Part shown: in pieces, positions 34,009 through 48,018 of the stretch
Numbering within the stretch: the stretch's first letter is position 1
How the letters are laid out: every line of letters starts with the position of its first letter
Assembly (NCBI RefSeq): GCF_963921235.1
Contig: NC_086107.1
Span: 99,202,001-99,266,000 of the forward strand
DNA length: 64,000 bases
From: Mobula hypostoma
Lineage: Eukaryota
Direction: 5' to 3'
The notes under the pieces: model-generated
What the model was told of the DNA's origin: nothing
The model's input: the letters and a program-made list of their open reading frames with translations, nothing else
The model's database searches: none
Made by a program: the position numbers and the translations under genes

Positions 34009-37000
34009 GTGAGTACCGGGGACCCGGGAGGGGCGAGGGGATGAGAACCGGGCCGAGCGGCCGCCGTCGCCGCTTCTTCCTCACCCCCCCCGACCACCCT
34101 CATGTCCCCGCTCCTCAGTCAGTTAGACCCAGGGACGGCTGCTCCCCCTCCCGGGACGCGCTGATTCCCGGGAAGGGTAAAACCTCCCCCCGCATAAAAT
34201 TATGGGGAATGGGGCGTCCCGGTCAGCCGGCGCCCGGTTATATGTGTGTGTCTGTATCTCTGTGTGTGGCGGAGGGGGGGAGGGGGAGAGAGGAAGGAGG
34301 ATCCAGGCCATCCATTCCCGCCGCTCCCCCACATCCCCGGCGTTGGATCTGGCGGGGAATGGCGCGCAAGGCATCGGGCCCGGCTCATACCGCACACCGC
34401 CCCCCTCCCCACGTCCCCGCCGGCCCACCCCGATCCCGCTGCCGCCGCAGCTTTCATCCCGTGGAATCGACGAGCAGGGCTGCACCCCCCCCCCAACACC
34501 CGGGCCGCCTCCGGTTCCTGAGCCTGACCTACCGCCTCCTCTCTACTCCCCGGAGGGATGTTCGCACCGGACCCCGCGGCAACCTTACACCCCCCACCAC
34601 CAAAACCCGTTCCAATTCCTTGTCCCCTATCCATGCCCTCTCGCTTCTCCTCCCCCTCAAAGCTGGTTTCTTTTCCTTGCCTCCCCTCCCCATGTACAAA
34701 CTTGTAATCCGCTCTTCTCTTTCCCTCTTTACCTGACCTTGTAACTTGTTTCCTCCTCACACACCCAACCTTGTTGTTCCTTGCTCAAAATCGTCTCATA
34801 AACTCCTTTGCTCCCAGAACAATCCTATACTCCGTTTCTCCCCCCAGACTCCAAAACGGCACTATAATTCTCCCCCTTGCACCTCCTCGTCGCTGACCTG
34901 GCCCTATCTTCCTCCCACGGCCCTGCCCCCCTCCCCCTCAATTTCCAGTAGCCTCAACTCCTTCTCCAAAACTTATCCCCTGAAACCTTGTCCCTGCCTG
35001 TCCAGCCCTAATAACTTCTGTTGTGGACTCACTGGTGGCTGAGGTTCAGAGGATTAAACACAGAAAATACATGTTAAAAAACTGAGCCCTCTGGGTCACT
35101 TTACAACTGGTAACCTGATCCTTCTTGGTGTTTGAGAGGCCACGATCCAAGTAGTACCTTTCAGAACTTCAAGATGCTTTCCTGTGATTGCAAATACACA
35201 ACTTATGCTGATACCGAACTTGATGATATGTGGGTAATGAGGAGGGTGCAGAGGGGTTGCAGAAAGATGGTGGATGTGGTAAATGTTGAGGGGGGGAATC
35301 TTTAGTAAAAAAATTTTTTTAATTGTGAGGGATTGAAAGGAGTTGAGAGCATTTTGGTGTCATCATACACACATCTCTGAACATCTAGGTACAACGTGCA
35401 GTTAGAAACAAATGCTACACAAATCTTTATTACAAGAAAGGTTAAGTATGAGTTGATGTGCCTTACTGTAGTTTTACAGAGTATTGATAAAACCACATTG
35501 GAAATATTGTGAACAAGCCTGGTTTAGTCAAAATTTCCCCCCCCATCCCTAAACCCAAGCAAAGATTTACTTGTAGTAGAGTGAAGGTTCACCATATTGA
35601 TTTCTGAGGGCATGCGTTTGTCGCATGAGGAGTGATTAAGCAGATCTGGCGATGTTCTCAGGAAGAATGAGGAATAATCTCTTCGAAAAGCCTTACCAGG
35701 GTTGATATCTAGAATCGGATTGCAGTCTCAACATATGAGATTGGCTATTTAGGGCAATGAGATTTTTCTTTACCCAGTAAATCTTTGGAATTCTCTGCTG
35801 AGGAGGCTCAGTTTTTAAGTACATTTAAGACAATTTTTTAAGATATGAGGAAATGTGCTGATTTTTTTTTGAAAACTGTAATATTGATTTCAGGGCATAT
35901 TGCTGTAGGATATTTTGCATCTATCTGAGAGGGCAAATGTGGCTGTTGAAGGTTGATACTGTAGTTCCAAAACTATAATGCTCTCTTGATACTAGAGTCA
36001 CAAGTATATATACAATGATAGTAAAAACTCTCGAACTTCTTGTCCATGCTAAAGAATTTCTGAAGAGTGGATTGTGATTTCGGAAGGTGTCCAGAGTTGG
36101 GAGTTTTGCTGGTCGATTCAAAATGATGTCTCATTGTTTAAGAAAGGAGAGTGGAACTGCGCTGCCTGCCGGTCTGAAAGATCAATGCTAGTGAAGAGAT
36201 GATGAATTTGCTATCTGAGCAATTGAATGAGAATGAGCTGATCAGGAAGAAATCGTGTTGATTGAGAAGGATTGAACGCTGCTTGTTTCAGCCACCTGAT
36301 GCTTTTGAAGAAGCTACTGGCATGGTCAATAGGGCATAATCAATAGATGTTTTCTGTTTCCATTCCCTGATGAAGGTCCGTGCAAGAGATTAGGGAAAGC
36401 ATGTGGAATTTGTATGAGATACCACTCTAGGGAAAAAAAAAATGCCCAGTCCATTTTTGTGACATTTATTTGCTTCATACTTGAAATTAAGGATTGAATT
36501 TAGAATCCAAATTTCTATTACTTTCAGACCATCACATCCATGTGTGGACCTGGTATATCAGTCTTGCCTTTACCATTAATCACCCAATCTTTCCCTGAAT
36601 ATTATTTTCTTTAAAGGAAATGTTTAGTTCCTTTTGATTCTGACTTTCCATTGTGTTCACAGACCTTCAGTGGGCTGACCATAAAAGATTTTATCACTGC
36701 CTAATCCCCCTACCTTCCACACTCCAGTCCTTTGTCCATTTCTTTGAATCTGTATCCCTTGAAGAATCAGAATCAAGTTAAATATCACCCGTGTATGTTG
36801 TGTAATTTGTTAAGTTTGCAGCAGCGGTACAATGCAAATCATGATAATATGGAGGAAAAAATACTTTTAATTACAGTAAGTATATATTTATATTAAATAG
36901 TTAAATTAAATAAGTAGTGCAAAAAAAAATAGAAATAAAAAGTAGTGAGATAGTGTTCAAGCATTCACTAATTAGGACAGCTGCTCTTCACTTGCCCTGT

Positions 37001-40000
37001 CTGAACCTATCATGATCTTGTACATCTATAAAACCTCAGCTCCATTTGGGGAAAAAACATGTTTCTCCTTGGAGCAGAGAACGTTTAAGGAATGAATTAG
37101 TGGATGTGTTCAGAATTTAAAGCACAGTAGAGAAAAAAAATGTTTCCATACGCATGTCGGTTGGTAATCAGAGTGTGTTGATTTAAGCTAATTTGTAAAG
37201 AAAACAAAGGTAAAAGTGAATTTTATTTTGTACAGTAAGTTAGGATCTGGAATGCACTGCCTTCAAGGATGGCAGAAACAGATTCAGCAGTGATATTCGA
37301 AAGGGAATTGGTAGATTTACAGGACTAAGTGGGAAGAGGCAGGTAATGGAACTGGATTATTTGTTCAGAGAGTTGGGATAAGTATGTTGGTCTGCAGGTT
37401 TTCTGTCCCACAGAGTTCTGTTCTAACCTTGTATTATTGGGATCAGAGTGCTTGAACGTTTGAGTAAATATTGATGAGTAGAGAGAACCAACATCTAGTG
37501 ACGAGTATATTGAAATCCACAATGTCATGGTCCTTTGCAGCATCTTAGCTTTTCACTACTTATAAAAGATTTTGCCTTTTCTTCCTTTAGTCATAAATGA
37601 ACAGCATCATGCTTTCTCACAGTGAACTCCATTCCTGATGAAGGGTCTCGGTCTGAAGCATCGACTGCTTATTCCTCTCCTTAGATGCTGCCTGACCTGC
37701 TGAGTTCCACCAGCATTTTGTGTTTGTTGCTCCATTTCCACTGTTTTGTCCACTTTCTAATATAGCTCTAAGAAGGATTATTTATGTGTATAGACTGAAG
37801 GTGTTGGTTTTGCTGTCAGAGTGGAGACAGCTCAGAGATGTGATAACGGTATTCAGAATCATGAAGGTTTTGGATGGTACAGTAAGAGAAACTTCATTGG
37901 TTGAAGGGTAGGAAACTTGAATGAATAGATCTAAGGAGACCAAGAGGAAATTGTTTGACTGTTGAAGCTAAGTCTTACCAAGGGGGTCATGACCAGGACA
38001 AACAAGTACGGGTCTGTTATTTATATGGAGTCAGAATTAGGTTTATTATCACTGACATACGTTGTGAAATTTGTTGTTTTGCAACAACAGTACATAATGT
38101 AACAATACATAAAATATACTATAAATTACAATAAGAAATATATTATAAAATTAAGTAATGAAAAAAGAAAAGCAAAAAGTAGTGAGATAGTGTTCATGGG
38201 TTTGTTGTCTGTTCAGAAATCTGATGACGGACGGGAAGAAGCTATTCCTAAAATGTTGAGTGTTTTCAGGCTCCTGTACCATCTCCCTAATAGTAGTAAT
38301 AGGAAAAGGGCATATCCTGGGTGGTGAGGATCCTTAATGGACACAACCTTTTGAAGATGGCCTTGATGGTGGGGAAAGCAAGTTGCCTGTGATGGAGCTG
38401 GCTGAGTTTACAACCTTGTGCAACTTTTTCTGATCCTGTGCTGTGGCCTCTCTATACCAGACGATGATGCAACCAGTTAGAATGCTCTTCATGGTCCACC
38501 TATAGAAATTTGCTAGAGTCTTTGGTGACATACCAAATCTCCTCAATCTCAAGCTGAAATATAGCCGCCTTTGTAATTACATCAATATGTTGGGCTCAGG
38601 ACAGATCTTCAGAGATGTTGATACTCAGGAACTTGAAACTGCCCATCCTTTCCACTGGTTGGTTTTCTTTTGGTGTTAGGTTCCTACATTCCACTGTGAG
38701 GAAAAACAACAAAAGTAAATAAAATTGGTGGTAACAAACATAAGGAATTAGTAGGAGTTGGCAACTCAGCCCCTCAGACTTCCTCTGCCCTATAATACAA
38801 TCATGTCTAATCAGACCATAATTTCAATTCTTCATTCCTGTTTGCCTTGGTAACCTTTCATTGATCTCTCTATTTACCTCTTTGAAATATTGGAGAATTT
38901 TACTTCCAGTGCTTTGTGAGAAAGAGGCCCAATGACTCTCAACCCTCAGAAAAAGAAAATCACCTTATTCATTGAGTGGCCCTTTTAATTTGTTAGTGAC
39001 CTTGTTTTAGATTCTCTACAGGAAGAAGCATCCTTTCCAGGTCCACCTCATACAGACTCTTCAGGATGTTATGTTTCAATCAAGTTTTCCCTCATTCATC
39101 TAAAGTCCTGTGGATGTCCAACTTTTATTTGTAAGGTATAATCTAGCTATCAATCTTGTAAACTTTATGTAAGTTGCATCTAAGTAAGATGTTCAATACT
39201 GGACCTCGTATTCCAGATATGATCTCACCATTGTCCTTTATAACCCAAGCACAAAGTGGAGAGATTTTGTTTTGTGTTCAAATCCCCAAGAAATAAACAT
39301 TATTAGTTTCCTAATTACTTAATTACTTGTAGCTGCACACAAGTGACCCCCCTCCCCCAATGTTATGGCAATTTGGCTAATAATAAATTTGTCTTTATGG
39401 AACTCACAAGCCACTACATATAATATAATTAAAAATACTCTTTATGTAGTGGGGGTGAGAAGTAAATAAACACCTTTTTTTTTGTGCATGCATAGATAAT
39501 ATGGTTCACGTTACAGAAGATCATGATGTGCACTACTCTCTAGGAAAGCCCCCCACCCCTGTAACACAGGGTTTGCCTGTACTAGCCTTTTGCAAATGAT
39601 TCTTTAGGGCACCAAAACTTCTCAGGGCTGCAATCTTCCACCATTTGGATAATGTCCTTGTTTCATTTTTCCTACCAACTTGATTAATTTCATATTTTTT
39701 ACATATTGTACTCCAACTCTAGATCTATGCCCACTTAATCTTTGTAGCTGCCTTCCCTTCTCTTCACAACAGACTTTCAGATCTATCTATATTAGCAAGT
39801 TAAGTGACTGTAGCTTTCTGTCATTCAAGTTAGTTATTAATGCATTGACTTGGTTTGGGTTGATTTGGGGATGACACGCAGAGAGTGCGGAATGGTTGGA
39901 AGGAATGAATGGTTACGGTGTTGATAGGGTGCCAGTCAAGTCAGCTGCTTTCCCCTGGCAGATGATTATTAGATCTGTGCTCATTTAGGCAAATAGGGAG

Positions 40001-41129
40001 GGATGGAGGTTGCTGGAAAGGCTTTGGGTTGTCAGGCAGAGTGAGTCAGTCCTTTGCTGAGGAATACCTAGCCTCTGAGCTACTCTGTCATCGCAGTATT
40101 TTATGTGGCTGGTCTGGTCGCCTTTCTGATCAGTGGTTCACCTGCAGCAGTTGATGGTGAGAATTTGGCTGTGATATGTCAGTGAGGGGTAATTACTTGA
40201 CAAGGAATGAAAAGTTTCATATCCGAAGTTGTTTTTGGTGAAGAGTCGGTTGCAGGTTGTATAAATGGAATTGAGCTTTAAAAGGGTCATAAAATTAAAG
40301 AATGCTACAGCATTGGTAGATCCTGCTTTGTTCAAAGGGTCAACCTAATTCTTCCATAGGAAATTCAATTAATTTCTTGTTTCTTCCTCCATTATCTTAG
40401 TTATTTTTTCCAACTATTGATCCAATTTCTTTTGAAAATCTTTCTTTGTTAAGTTGGCAGAGGCAAATTCAGAGCATCTAAATGCCAATTGCTCATTCTG
40501 TTTCTGCTCTTTACCTTAAATCAGTTCCCTTAAGTTTTCTACTCTTTAACCATTGGAAGTATGTTTAAATCTAGAAATGGCACAATTTTGAAAACAGTAA
40601 TCAAATCTCTTAGCCTTCTCCAAGGAGTACAATGTCAATCTCTTTAGTCTATCTCTATTACTAATCCTAGCTAAAATAGATTGCAGTGGAAGCAATGGAA
40701 AATGGAGTTCAATGTGAGAAGGCATCCTGAGAGGTAATCAAAAAGCTTAAAATATCAAACCATTGATCGAGTAGATACTATTTCCTCTGGTGGCAAAGTC
40801 CAAAATTACAGGAGTGAAATTGGGAAACTTTTTTTTTTCCGCACATGGATTGTTGAATATCTGGAATACCATCCTCCATTTTGGAGGACTCATTAGGAGT
40901 CTTCAAGATTAATATTCATTCAGCAAATTTCTAGGAATAATGAAGAGTAAAGAGTTACTAGTCAATTGGATATAATTGCATGGATGAACAAATTGTAGGG
41001 GCTGAATGACCATAGGGTGAAAATGCAATTTGTCCAAGCTCCTTTGACATTCTTCATCTTTTAGTAAAAAATCAAACTTGGATCTAATATTTGGCCTCTA
41101 TCGGTACCCTTAATCTTGCTCTTTCTCAG

Positions 41130-41170
41130 TGCTTTTCGCTCGTGGTGTGGGGATCTGTGTTCCCTACAAG
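41130..41170 (+). other. Candidate 41-nt internal exon
   Basis: Acceptor CTTAATCTTGCTCTTTCTCAG| and donor AAG|GTCAGT in non-repetitive sequence; no protein match recognised. Confidence 0.3.
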
Positions 41171-42387
41171 GTCAGTCTTTGCTGCAGTTGCTTTTTACAG
41201 GTTTTCTGTAGGTGCTCATTTTCTGTTATATCTCTAGTCTTGAGCATTCTCATTTTAATCAGAGTCCATTATTGTGTGTGTGCCCCTCTCATTGCCGTGC
41301 GATGCAGATTCCGTCCTAGCAAAGTGCAGTGGAGGCCCACATTCCTCCACCTCCTCCTCTGGCCCTGGCCCCATGTGGCTGTTGACAAGCTGACAGTTTC
41401 TGACGGCTATGAATTGTAAATGTGCTCTCCGTTCTTGCAGTTCACTGTACTAAGATGGGCTGCCTGAGGCTGTACGTACCAGTTTGTAAATGTATGGCAA
41501 AATATTGTCATTTTTCATACTGGGGTACAGTGCTGGTGGTTACTGGTCTGTCACTCGTTTAAATGTTGCTTTCCTACAGTTTTTATGCAAGACCTGACTC
41601 GATGAGATTTCTCATGTTTAATCAGAATTTCTCAAGCATCTAAAATATGGCTGATTTAATTGATCAGAAATTGGATATCCTGTAATTTTTCTCTCCCTTT
41701 TGGGGATTAAAAGAAATAAGTTTGAAAATCGGGCTAAATTTTAAAGCAATATTTAAAAAGGTGGAAGGGGGAAAGCTGTATATAGTTGCTAACCAGTTGT
41801 GTAAGTTGTATTCAATATGACTTTCCATAGGACATTTAAAAAGGGCTCATACAAAAAAGCTGCTGTTAAAAGCATCTGGTATTGGAGGTAACCGGGGGTT
41901 GGAGGTTGGTAATTGGTTGACAGATAGTTGGAATAAAAAGAATGTATTCCAGTAGGTTGGCAAGTGCAGCTTTGAAGCTTCTGTTGTTGAACATATGTGT
42001 AAATGCTTTGAAGGAAAGAGAACAGCATATCCAAGGTTATAGATGACAATAAATTGTGAGCCGCTGTAAATATCGTAAATGGATTTGGGGAGCTGCAAGG
42101 AGATACAATACAAGGGTACAGAGGAGCAGTGAACCATACAGTAGAAATGATAGGAAGTTAGTCTTTTTTAATCAGTGTAAGATTGAAAGATTTTTGTGTT
42201 CAGACAGACCTCGTACACAAATCATTCAGCCATTTTCAGGTATGTTGCAAGTAACTAGGAAGACAAATGGTAAGTTAGCCTTTACTGCAGGAGTAGAAAT
42301 GCTTTGCTCCACTTTAGTGCAGAGTCTGGTGAATCTGAATATGGAATATTATGTACCAGTCTGGTTTTCCTACCTAAGGAAGGATAA

Positions 42388-42865
42388 TACACTCTGTATA
42401 CATTTATTAGGTACAGGAGTGAGTCTCTGTCATAACTCATCCACTTGTGCATTCAGAGATGCTCTTCTGCACACCACTGTTGTAACTCACAGTTATTTGA
42501 GTTACTGTCACCTTCCTGTGAGCTTGAACTAGTCTGGCCATTCTTCTCTGCCTTCTCTCATTAACAGGGTATTTTTGCCCACAGAACTGATATTTTTTGT
42601 TTATCGCACCATTCTCTGTAAACTCGAGAGACTTGTGCACATGAAAATCCCAAGGGATCAGCATTTTTTGAGGTACTCAAACTGCCCCATCTGACGCCAA
42701 CAATCATTCCACAGTCAAAGTCACTTAGATCATATTTCTTCCTCATTCTGATGTTTGGTCTGAACAACAACTGAACCTCTTGACCCTGCTTGCTTTTATG
42801 TATTGAATTGCTGCCACTTGATTGGCTGATTAGACATTTGCATTAACAAGCAGGTGGCCACGGTC
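42388..42865 (-). mobile_element. Tc1/mariner non-autonomous remnant
   Basis: MRKKYDLSDFDCGMIVG..LSTSKNADPLGFSCAQVSRVYREW (transposase N-terminal HTH); terminus resembles TACACTC..TTTATTAGGTACA. Confidence 0.75.
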
Positions 42866-43657
42866 TACGTTCAAAGCAGAAATTTATTTTTGTATCTAAA
42901 AGATCAAGGGATATAGGTTTTGTGCAGGAAAGTGGTACTGAGATAAGAGGTCAGCTGTGATTTTATTGAATGGTGGGAAAAGCACAAGGGAACAGGTGAT
43001 ATTCCTTTTGATATAGATTCTTATCTGATTCTGCAAATCTCCTTTGCCATTATCTTGGATTGTATCTGATTCTTGATATCACATCCACTTTTCCACCCAC
43101 TCATTCATGGGTAAAGGCATCTCTGAGAAGGTTAAGTTTTATTACCAATTCCCTTTTTTTTAGTGGTAAACTCCCATCTTGAGCTGTTGCAGCTTAAACT
43201 ATAAAGGTACTTTTGCAATAACTTTGAAACAGGAATTCCAGAATTTAACTCTGAATGTCTTGATTGACTTGAATACGCTGGATCATTCCATATCCTCAGT
43301 CCAAAGCATTCACAAGCCTTTGAAGAAAGAAATTTCTCATCTCAGTTGTAACTGGTAGTTTATTATGCTGACACTGAATTTTACACACTCCAGTCAGGGA
43401 AAACATAGGAAACGGAAAGCATGTAATCTACCAATTTTTCTCTGACCCTTCAGTGAGAGCACTTCAATATTCTAAAGCCTGACCTACAGAACCATTGAAA
43501 ACTTACAACACACAAGGCCACAGTTCAGCCCACGTCTCTGCTATTGGACAAAGAGTTAGCCAACCTAATTGCAGTACTGTTTCTCTAGCCCTGCAGGTCA
43601 CAGCTCTTCAAGTACATATCCAAGTAGTTTTTAAGTGTCCTGAAGGCCTTTACCTCC

Positions 43658-44040
43658 ATCATAAGAACATAAGAAATAGGAGCAGGAGTAGGCCATCTGG
43701 CCTATCGAGCCTGCCCCGCTATTCAATAAGATCATGGCTGATCTGTCCGTAAACTCAATTCCATCTACCTGCCTTTTCCCCATAACCCTTAATTCCTTTA
43801 CTATGTAAAAACCTACCTAATTGTTTCTTAAATATATTTAGTGAGGAAGCCTCAACTGCCTCCCTGGGCAGAGAATACCACAGATTCACCACTCTCTGGG
43901 GGAAAAAAGCAATTTCTCCTCATCTCGGTCCTAAATCTTCTTCCCTGAATCTTGAGGCAATGTCCCCTAGTTCTAGTCTCACCTACCAATGGAAACAACT
44001 TTCCTACTTCTATCTTATCTATCCCTTTCAAAAATTTGTA
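43658..44040 (-). mobile_element. CR1 LINE 3' end
   Basis: (CATAAGAA)2 tail; reverse complement similar to the CR1 end at 4312-4555. Confidence 0.8.
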
Positions 44041-45835
44041 TAATCCTTTAATAATTTTGTATCATCCTTTCAAGCAGTGAGTTCTGAGACCCCCATTTTA
44101 TCTCCCCTCAATCCGCCTATCTATTACTTTCTCCTACCCCCTGGTTTATGGTCACACAATTATGTGAAATGCATCCTTCACGTATACTCTGAGATTCTTC
44201 TCAATTTTATTTAGCCTCCTCTGTTCCATGTAAAATAACCCAAGCTTATCCAATTTCATAGCTAAAATTACATCCTAATAAATCTCCTGTACACTCTGTA
44301 TCATGCAAGTGCACCTGTCCTATAATGTGCTGACTAGAATAGAGTCAGAGTTGTACTGTGCAGAAATAAGCCCTTTGGCTCACTATATATGTGCCTGCCA
44401 TTCTGCTTGCTTGTTTAGCTACTTATTTATTTATTTCGCGATGCAGCCCAGAGTAAGTCCTTCAAGCCATGCCACTCCAGTAACCCAACAATAAAATTAT
44501 GGGACAATTTTATAATGACCAGTTAACCTACCCATACGTCTTTGGACTGTGGGAGGAAGCTGGAGCACCCAGGGAAAACCAAAGCATTCCACAGGGAGGA
44601 TGTACAGCGACTACTTACAGAACAGTGCCGGAATTGAACTCTGAACACTGGAACGTGCTGAGCTGTAATAGCATCGTGCTAACCACTAAGCCACCATGGC
44701 TAATCTATATTAATTGTCAATTTAGGTTATTGTCTAGATGCTTAAATGTTGTGAGAGTACCTGCTTCTTCCATCAGATTCAAGTTCATTTATTTATCACA
44801 TATACATCCAAATGTGCAGTGAAATACTTGTGTTAACAATCAGCACAACACAACGATATGTGGAGGGGCAGCCCGCAAGTGTTGCCACACATTCTGATGC
44901 CAACATAGCATGCCCTCAACATTCAGCAAATCAACAAAACCAACAGTAACAAAACAAAATACAACAGCTGGACAAGTCCCTTTCACACTCTGCCATCCAC
45001 TCACAGGGCTCCAGCCACTAGACAGGCCATCTATGGGCCTCCAACCTTCATCTCCTGGCCTGGACTCACAGACATTGAACGCGCTACCCAGGTGCTTTGA
45101 GCTTTAGCTTCAGCCTCCAGTTTCGACCCCAGACCTCACTGATCATGGGAACTTGACCTCTGGACTTGCATGGACCTCTGATGCTGGGGCTCATTGACAT
45201 GGACCTCTGACCCCAGAATTCATTGACCTGGAGGGATCACCAGTGCTTGTTCTTGGGGCCTCCCAATCACGGTCCTTGGCCACATAGTTCACTATTCTTT
45301 GCCCTTGGCGCTTGCCGACCCAGCTCCCAGGGATCACTGGACTTAGACCACAGAGTGCCCCCAACCTAGAATCCACCCATCAGCTCCTACCCTTAACTGC
45401 CCCGACCTCTAATGCCGCCTTGTCCCTATCTTTAAACCCTAATCTGGCCCCTAAATTTATGCACGATGGACATCGCAGCCTGGCACCGCCTTGAAAATCA
45501 CCTAGGACACTGCAACAAGCTCCTGAAACCACTTTCTTTCATGATGGTTAAGTGCAAATTCAGCACCCTGATCTGGTTTGGTGCTCTATTAGAATCAGAA
45601 GACTAGATCTGGAATCGTGTTAAATCTCAGTCCTTCATACTTCAACCCTGTAATCCGTAATCAATATTGTAAGCAGTCCTTCCAATAACTTCAAGAAAAG
45701 TATAGATGTAGAGAGCAAGACTACCGCAGTGGTGCATGACTTTTTTCGGGGAAAAGTTTTATTGACAAGCAAAACACTTAAATGCCATTGTCATGGCGAC
45801 TGCTATTCTGACTTCAGTGTTGTTCAGTTAAATAG

Positions 45836-47007
45836 TTGCACGCAACAGCACAGTCGTCTGCGTACTGCAGCTCCAGGAACCACTCTCTACGGAATTTGGT
45901 GGTTGCGTGGAGCCTCCTGATGTCAAAGAGGTTGCCATTTATTCTGATGTCCACTGCCACACTGCTGCTGTCTTCAATCTCGTTGTGGAGAAGCTTGGTA
46001 ACACACAAGAGGAAGATGTTAAAGAGCACTGGCGCTAGCACACACCCTTTGCATTCAAGGAAGGGCTCGGACTCTTGACCTCCTATGGTTACCCGAGCAG
46101 TCATCCCATCGTGAAAAAGGCGGAAGATGTTAAAAAATTTATTGCGATAGCCAAACCTGAGGAGGACATCCCATAAGAGCTCTCCTTGCACAGTGTTGAA
46201 TGCTTTGGAGAGGTCGACAAAGGCCATAAACAGGACCTGATGTTGCTCCCTGCACTTTTCCTGACGCTGCCGGGCTGTGAAGGTCGTGTCGATTGTGCTC
46301 CTGTTCTTCCTAAATCCACACTGTGATTCAGGCAGCATTGACTTGATGATGTTGCTGATGCGTCTCTGAAGCATCACCTTAGCCAGGACCTTTCCAGCAA
46401 CAGAAAGCTGTGAAGCTTGGGTAACCTACAGCCGTCACATCAAGTCCTTGGAGCACTTCCACATAATATGCCTCCAGCGCATTCTGGGAATTACCTGGCA
46501 TGAGTGGGTGCCTCATACTGAGATACTTGTAAAGACCCAACTGCAGGAGTATTGAGGCCATGATCACCCAGTGTCAGCTGCAGTGACTGGGGCACGTGAT
46601 AAGGATGCTCCCATGTCGGCTACCCTGCAGAGTGTTATGCGGCCAGCTACATCGTGATTGACGCTCAGCTGGAGGGCCGAAGAAGCGCTATAAGGATCAG
46701 ATGAAGAATGCTTCAAGGAAGTGTAAGATCAGACCCGAGGACTTGGAGGAGGTTGCTGCTGACCGTACCACTTGGCGACAGCTGTGTAGGGACGGGGTTC
46801 ATATTCTGGAGATGGAAAGAACAACCAGAAGACAGCAGAAGAGAGCCAGGAGAAATGCAGCCATGGTTGCCACCACTACCACATATACATGTCCCACCTG
46901 CAATAGATCTTGTGGGTCCAGGATGGGACTGTATAGTCATCAAAGATCTCACCGTTAAAGGAGTGGACGTCGTCATCAGATTTCGATGGACAACCGAAGA
47001 GAGAGAG
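45836..47007 (+). mobile_element. RTE-clade LINE, 5'-truncated with 5' inversion
   Basis: 11-bp TSD CAGTTAAATAG (45825-45835 and 47008-47018). 45836-46407 on the - strand encodes RT (LPESQCGFRKNRST, FVDLSKAF, GCVLAPVLFNIF, YADD). 46406-46958 on the + strand encodes the C-terminus (SCEAWVTYSRH ... CPTCNRSCGSRMGLYSHQRSH). (GA)n tail. Confidence 0.9.
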
Positions 47008-47281
47008 CAGTTAAATAGAGATAATACATTTTATTTGAGAAATCTGAAAGCTAAAAGGATGTCTGGTTAGTCATTGACTTTTAATTTTGATTAATTTTAA
47101 TTTTTGATTTTGTTTTAATGTGACTGTAAGCACCTTTCAGAGATATTCAAAGATTTCTGGCAGCTGGTTTTGCCTGGGGGTGTCTGTGTGTGTGATTTTA
47201 CCAGCTATCAAACTGGTAAAAGGCCACACACCTTCCTGCACTATATTCCATCTGCCACTTCTTTGCTCTTTCTTCTAATTT

Positions 47282-48018
47282 CAATAGGTTCATTTAATGT
47301 CAGGGAAATGTATACAATATACATCCTGAAATTCTTTTTCTTCACAAACGTCCACGAAAACAGGGGAGTGCCCCAAAGAATGAATGACAGTTAAACGTTA
47401 GAACCCCAAAGCTCCCAGCTAAAAAGCACCGAGCACTCAAGGATGCATCAAAGCATCAATAAAGACACAGACTTGCAGTACCCCAAAGACTACTCATTCA
47501 CCCAGTAATTCGACATTCTACGGGCTCTCTCTCTCCCTAAGGGAAAAAGAGGTGTCCCCATGTCATAGCAGGAGGGGAGACATAACAAACAACTCGCAGA
47601 TGTATGATGTTAAAAGTCTGTTGTGTCGCTTTTTCCTAGTTCTGCATCCAGAGAGTCGGCTCCAGAAAGGCTCAGGTCTCTGGGCTCGCAGCCTACGGCA
47701 GCTAACTTGCTGCTCCTGATGTTCCATGTTCTCATGCACGCCTCAGGCAGGGGCACCGGCCTAGAATCAGCCCATCTCCAGAGCCATGAAAATCCGGCAC
47801 CCTGAAGGCGCACCAGCCTTCCAGGCCGGGTCCTTGGGATATCAAAAAGCGGCCAGTCATGAGGCTCTGAGAGCAGTTCCCATTCCCACAAAGAACTGAA
47901 GTCAGAGTGTAACTCCAAGTCAGGGTCTTCAAAAGAACCTTGAAAAGAAAAAAAAGAGATATCAAATATAGAAATGGAGCTGTTTCTGAGGATGCAAGCA
48001 AGGGAGTCGCCGTTTTAG
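47282..48018 (-). mobile_element. Unclassified non-coding insertion within a CR1
   Basis: Flanked by CTTCTAATTT (47272-47281) and CTCCTAATTT (48019-48028); CR1 sequence is continuous across it. Confidence 0.65.

Larger units (their letters stand above)
33700..34600 (+). promoter_or_regulatory. CpG island promoter
   Basis: Dense CpG, high GC, non-repetitive; contains an E-box palindrome and a strong 5' splice site. Confidence 0.85.

Noticed and set aside
33858..34760. 292 aa and other ORFs over the CpG island
   Set aside because: Expected in GC-rich DNA; they run through a consensus donor and contain no domain.
36100..36410. Coding-like purine-rich stretch as a possible exon 2
   Set aside because: Looks like a highly degraded CR1 RT remnant with stops.
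39361..39566. Possible solo LTR (TGTTA...TAACA)
   Set aside because: No matching TSD, and only about 200 bp long.
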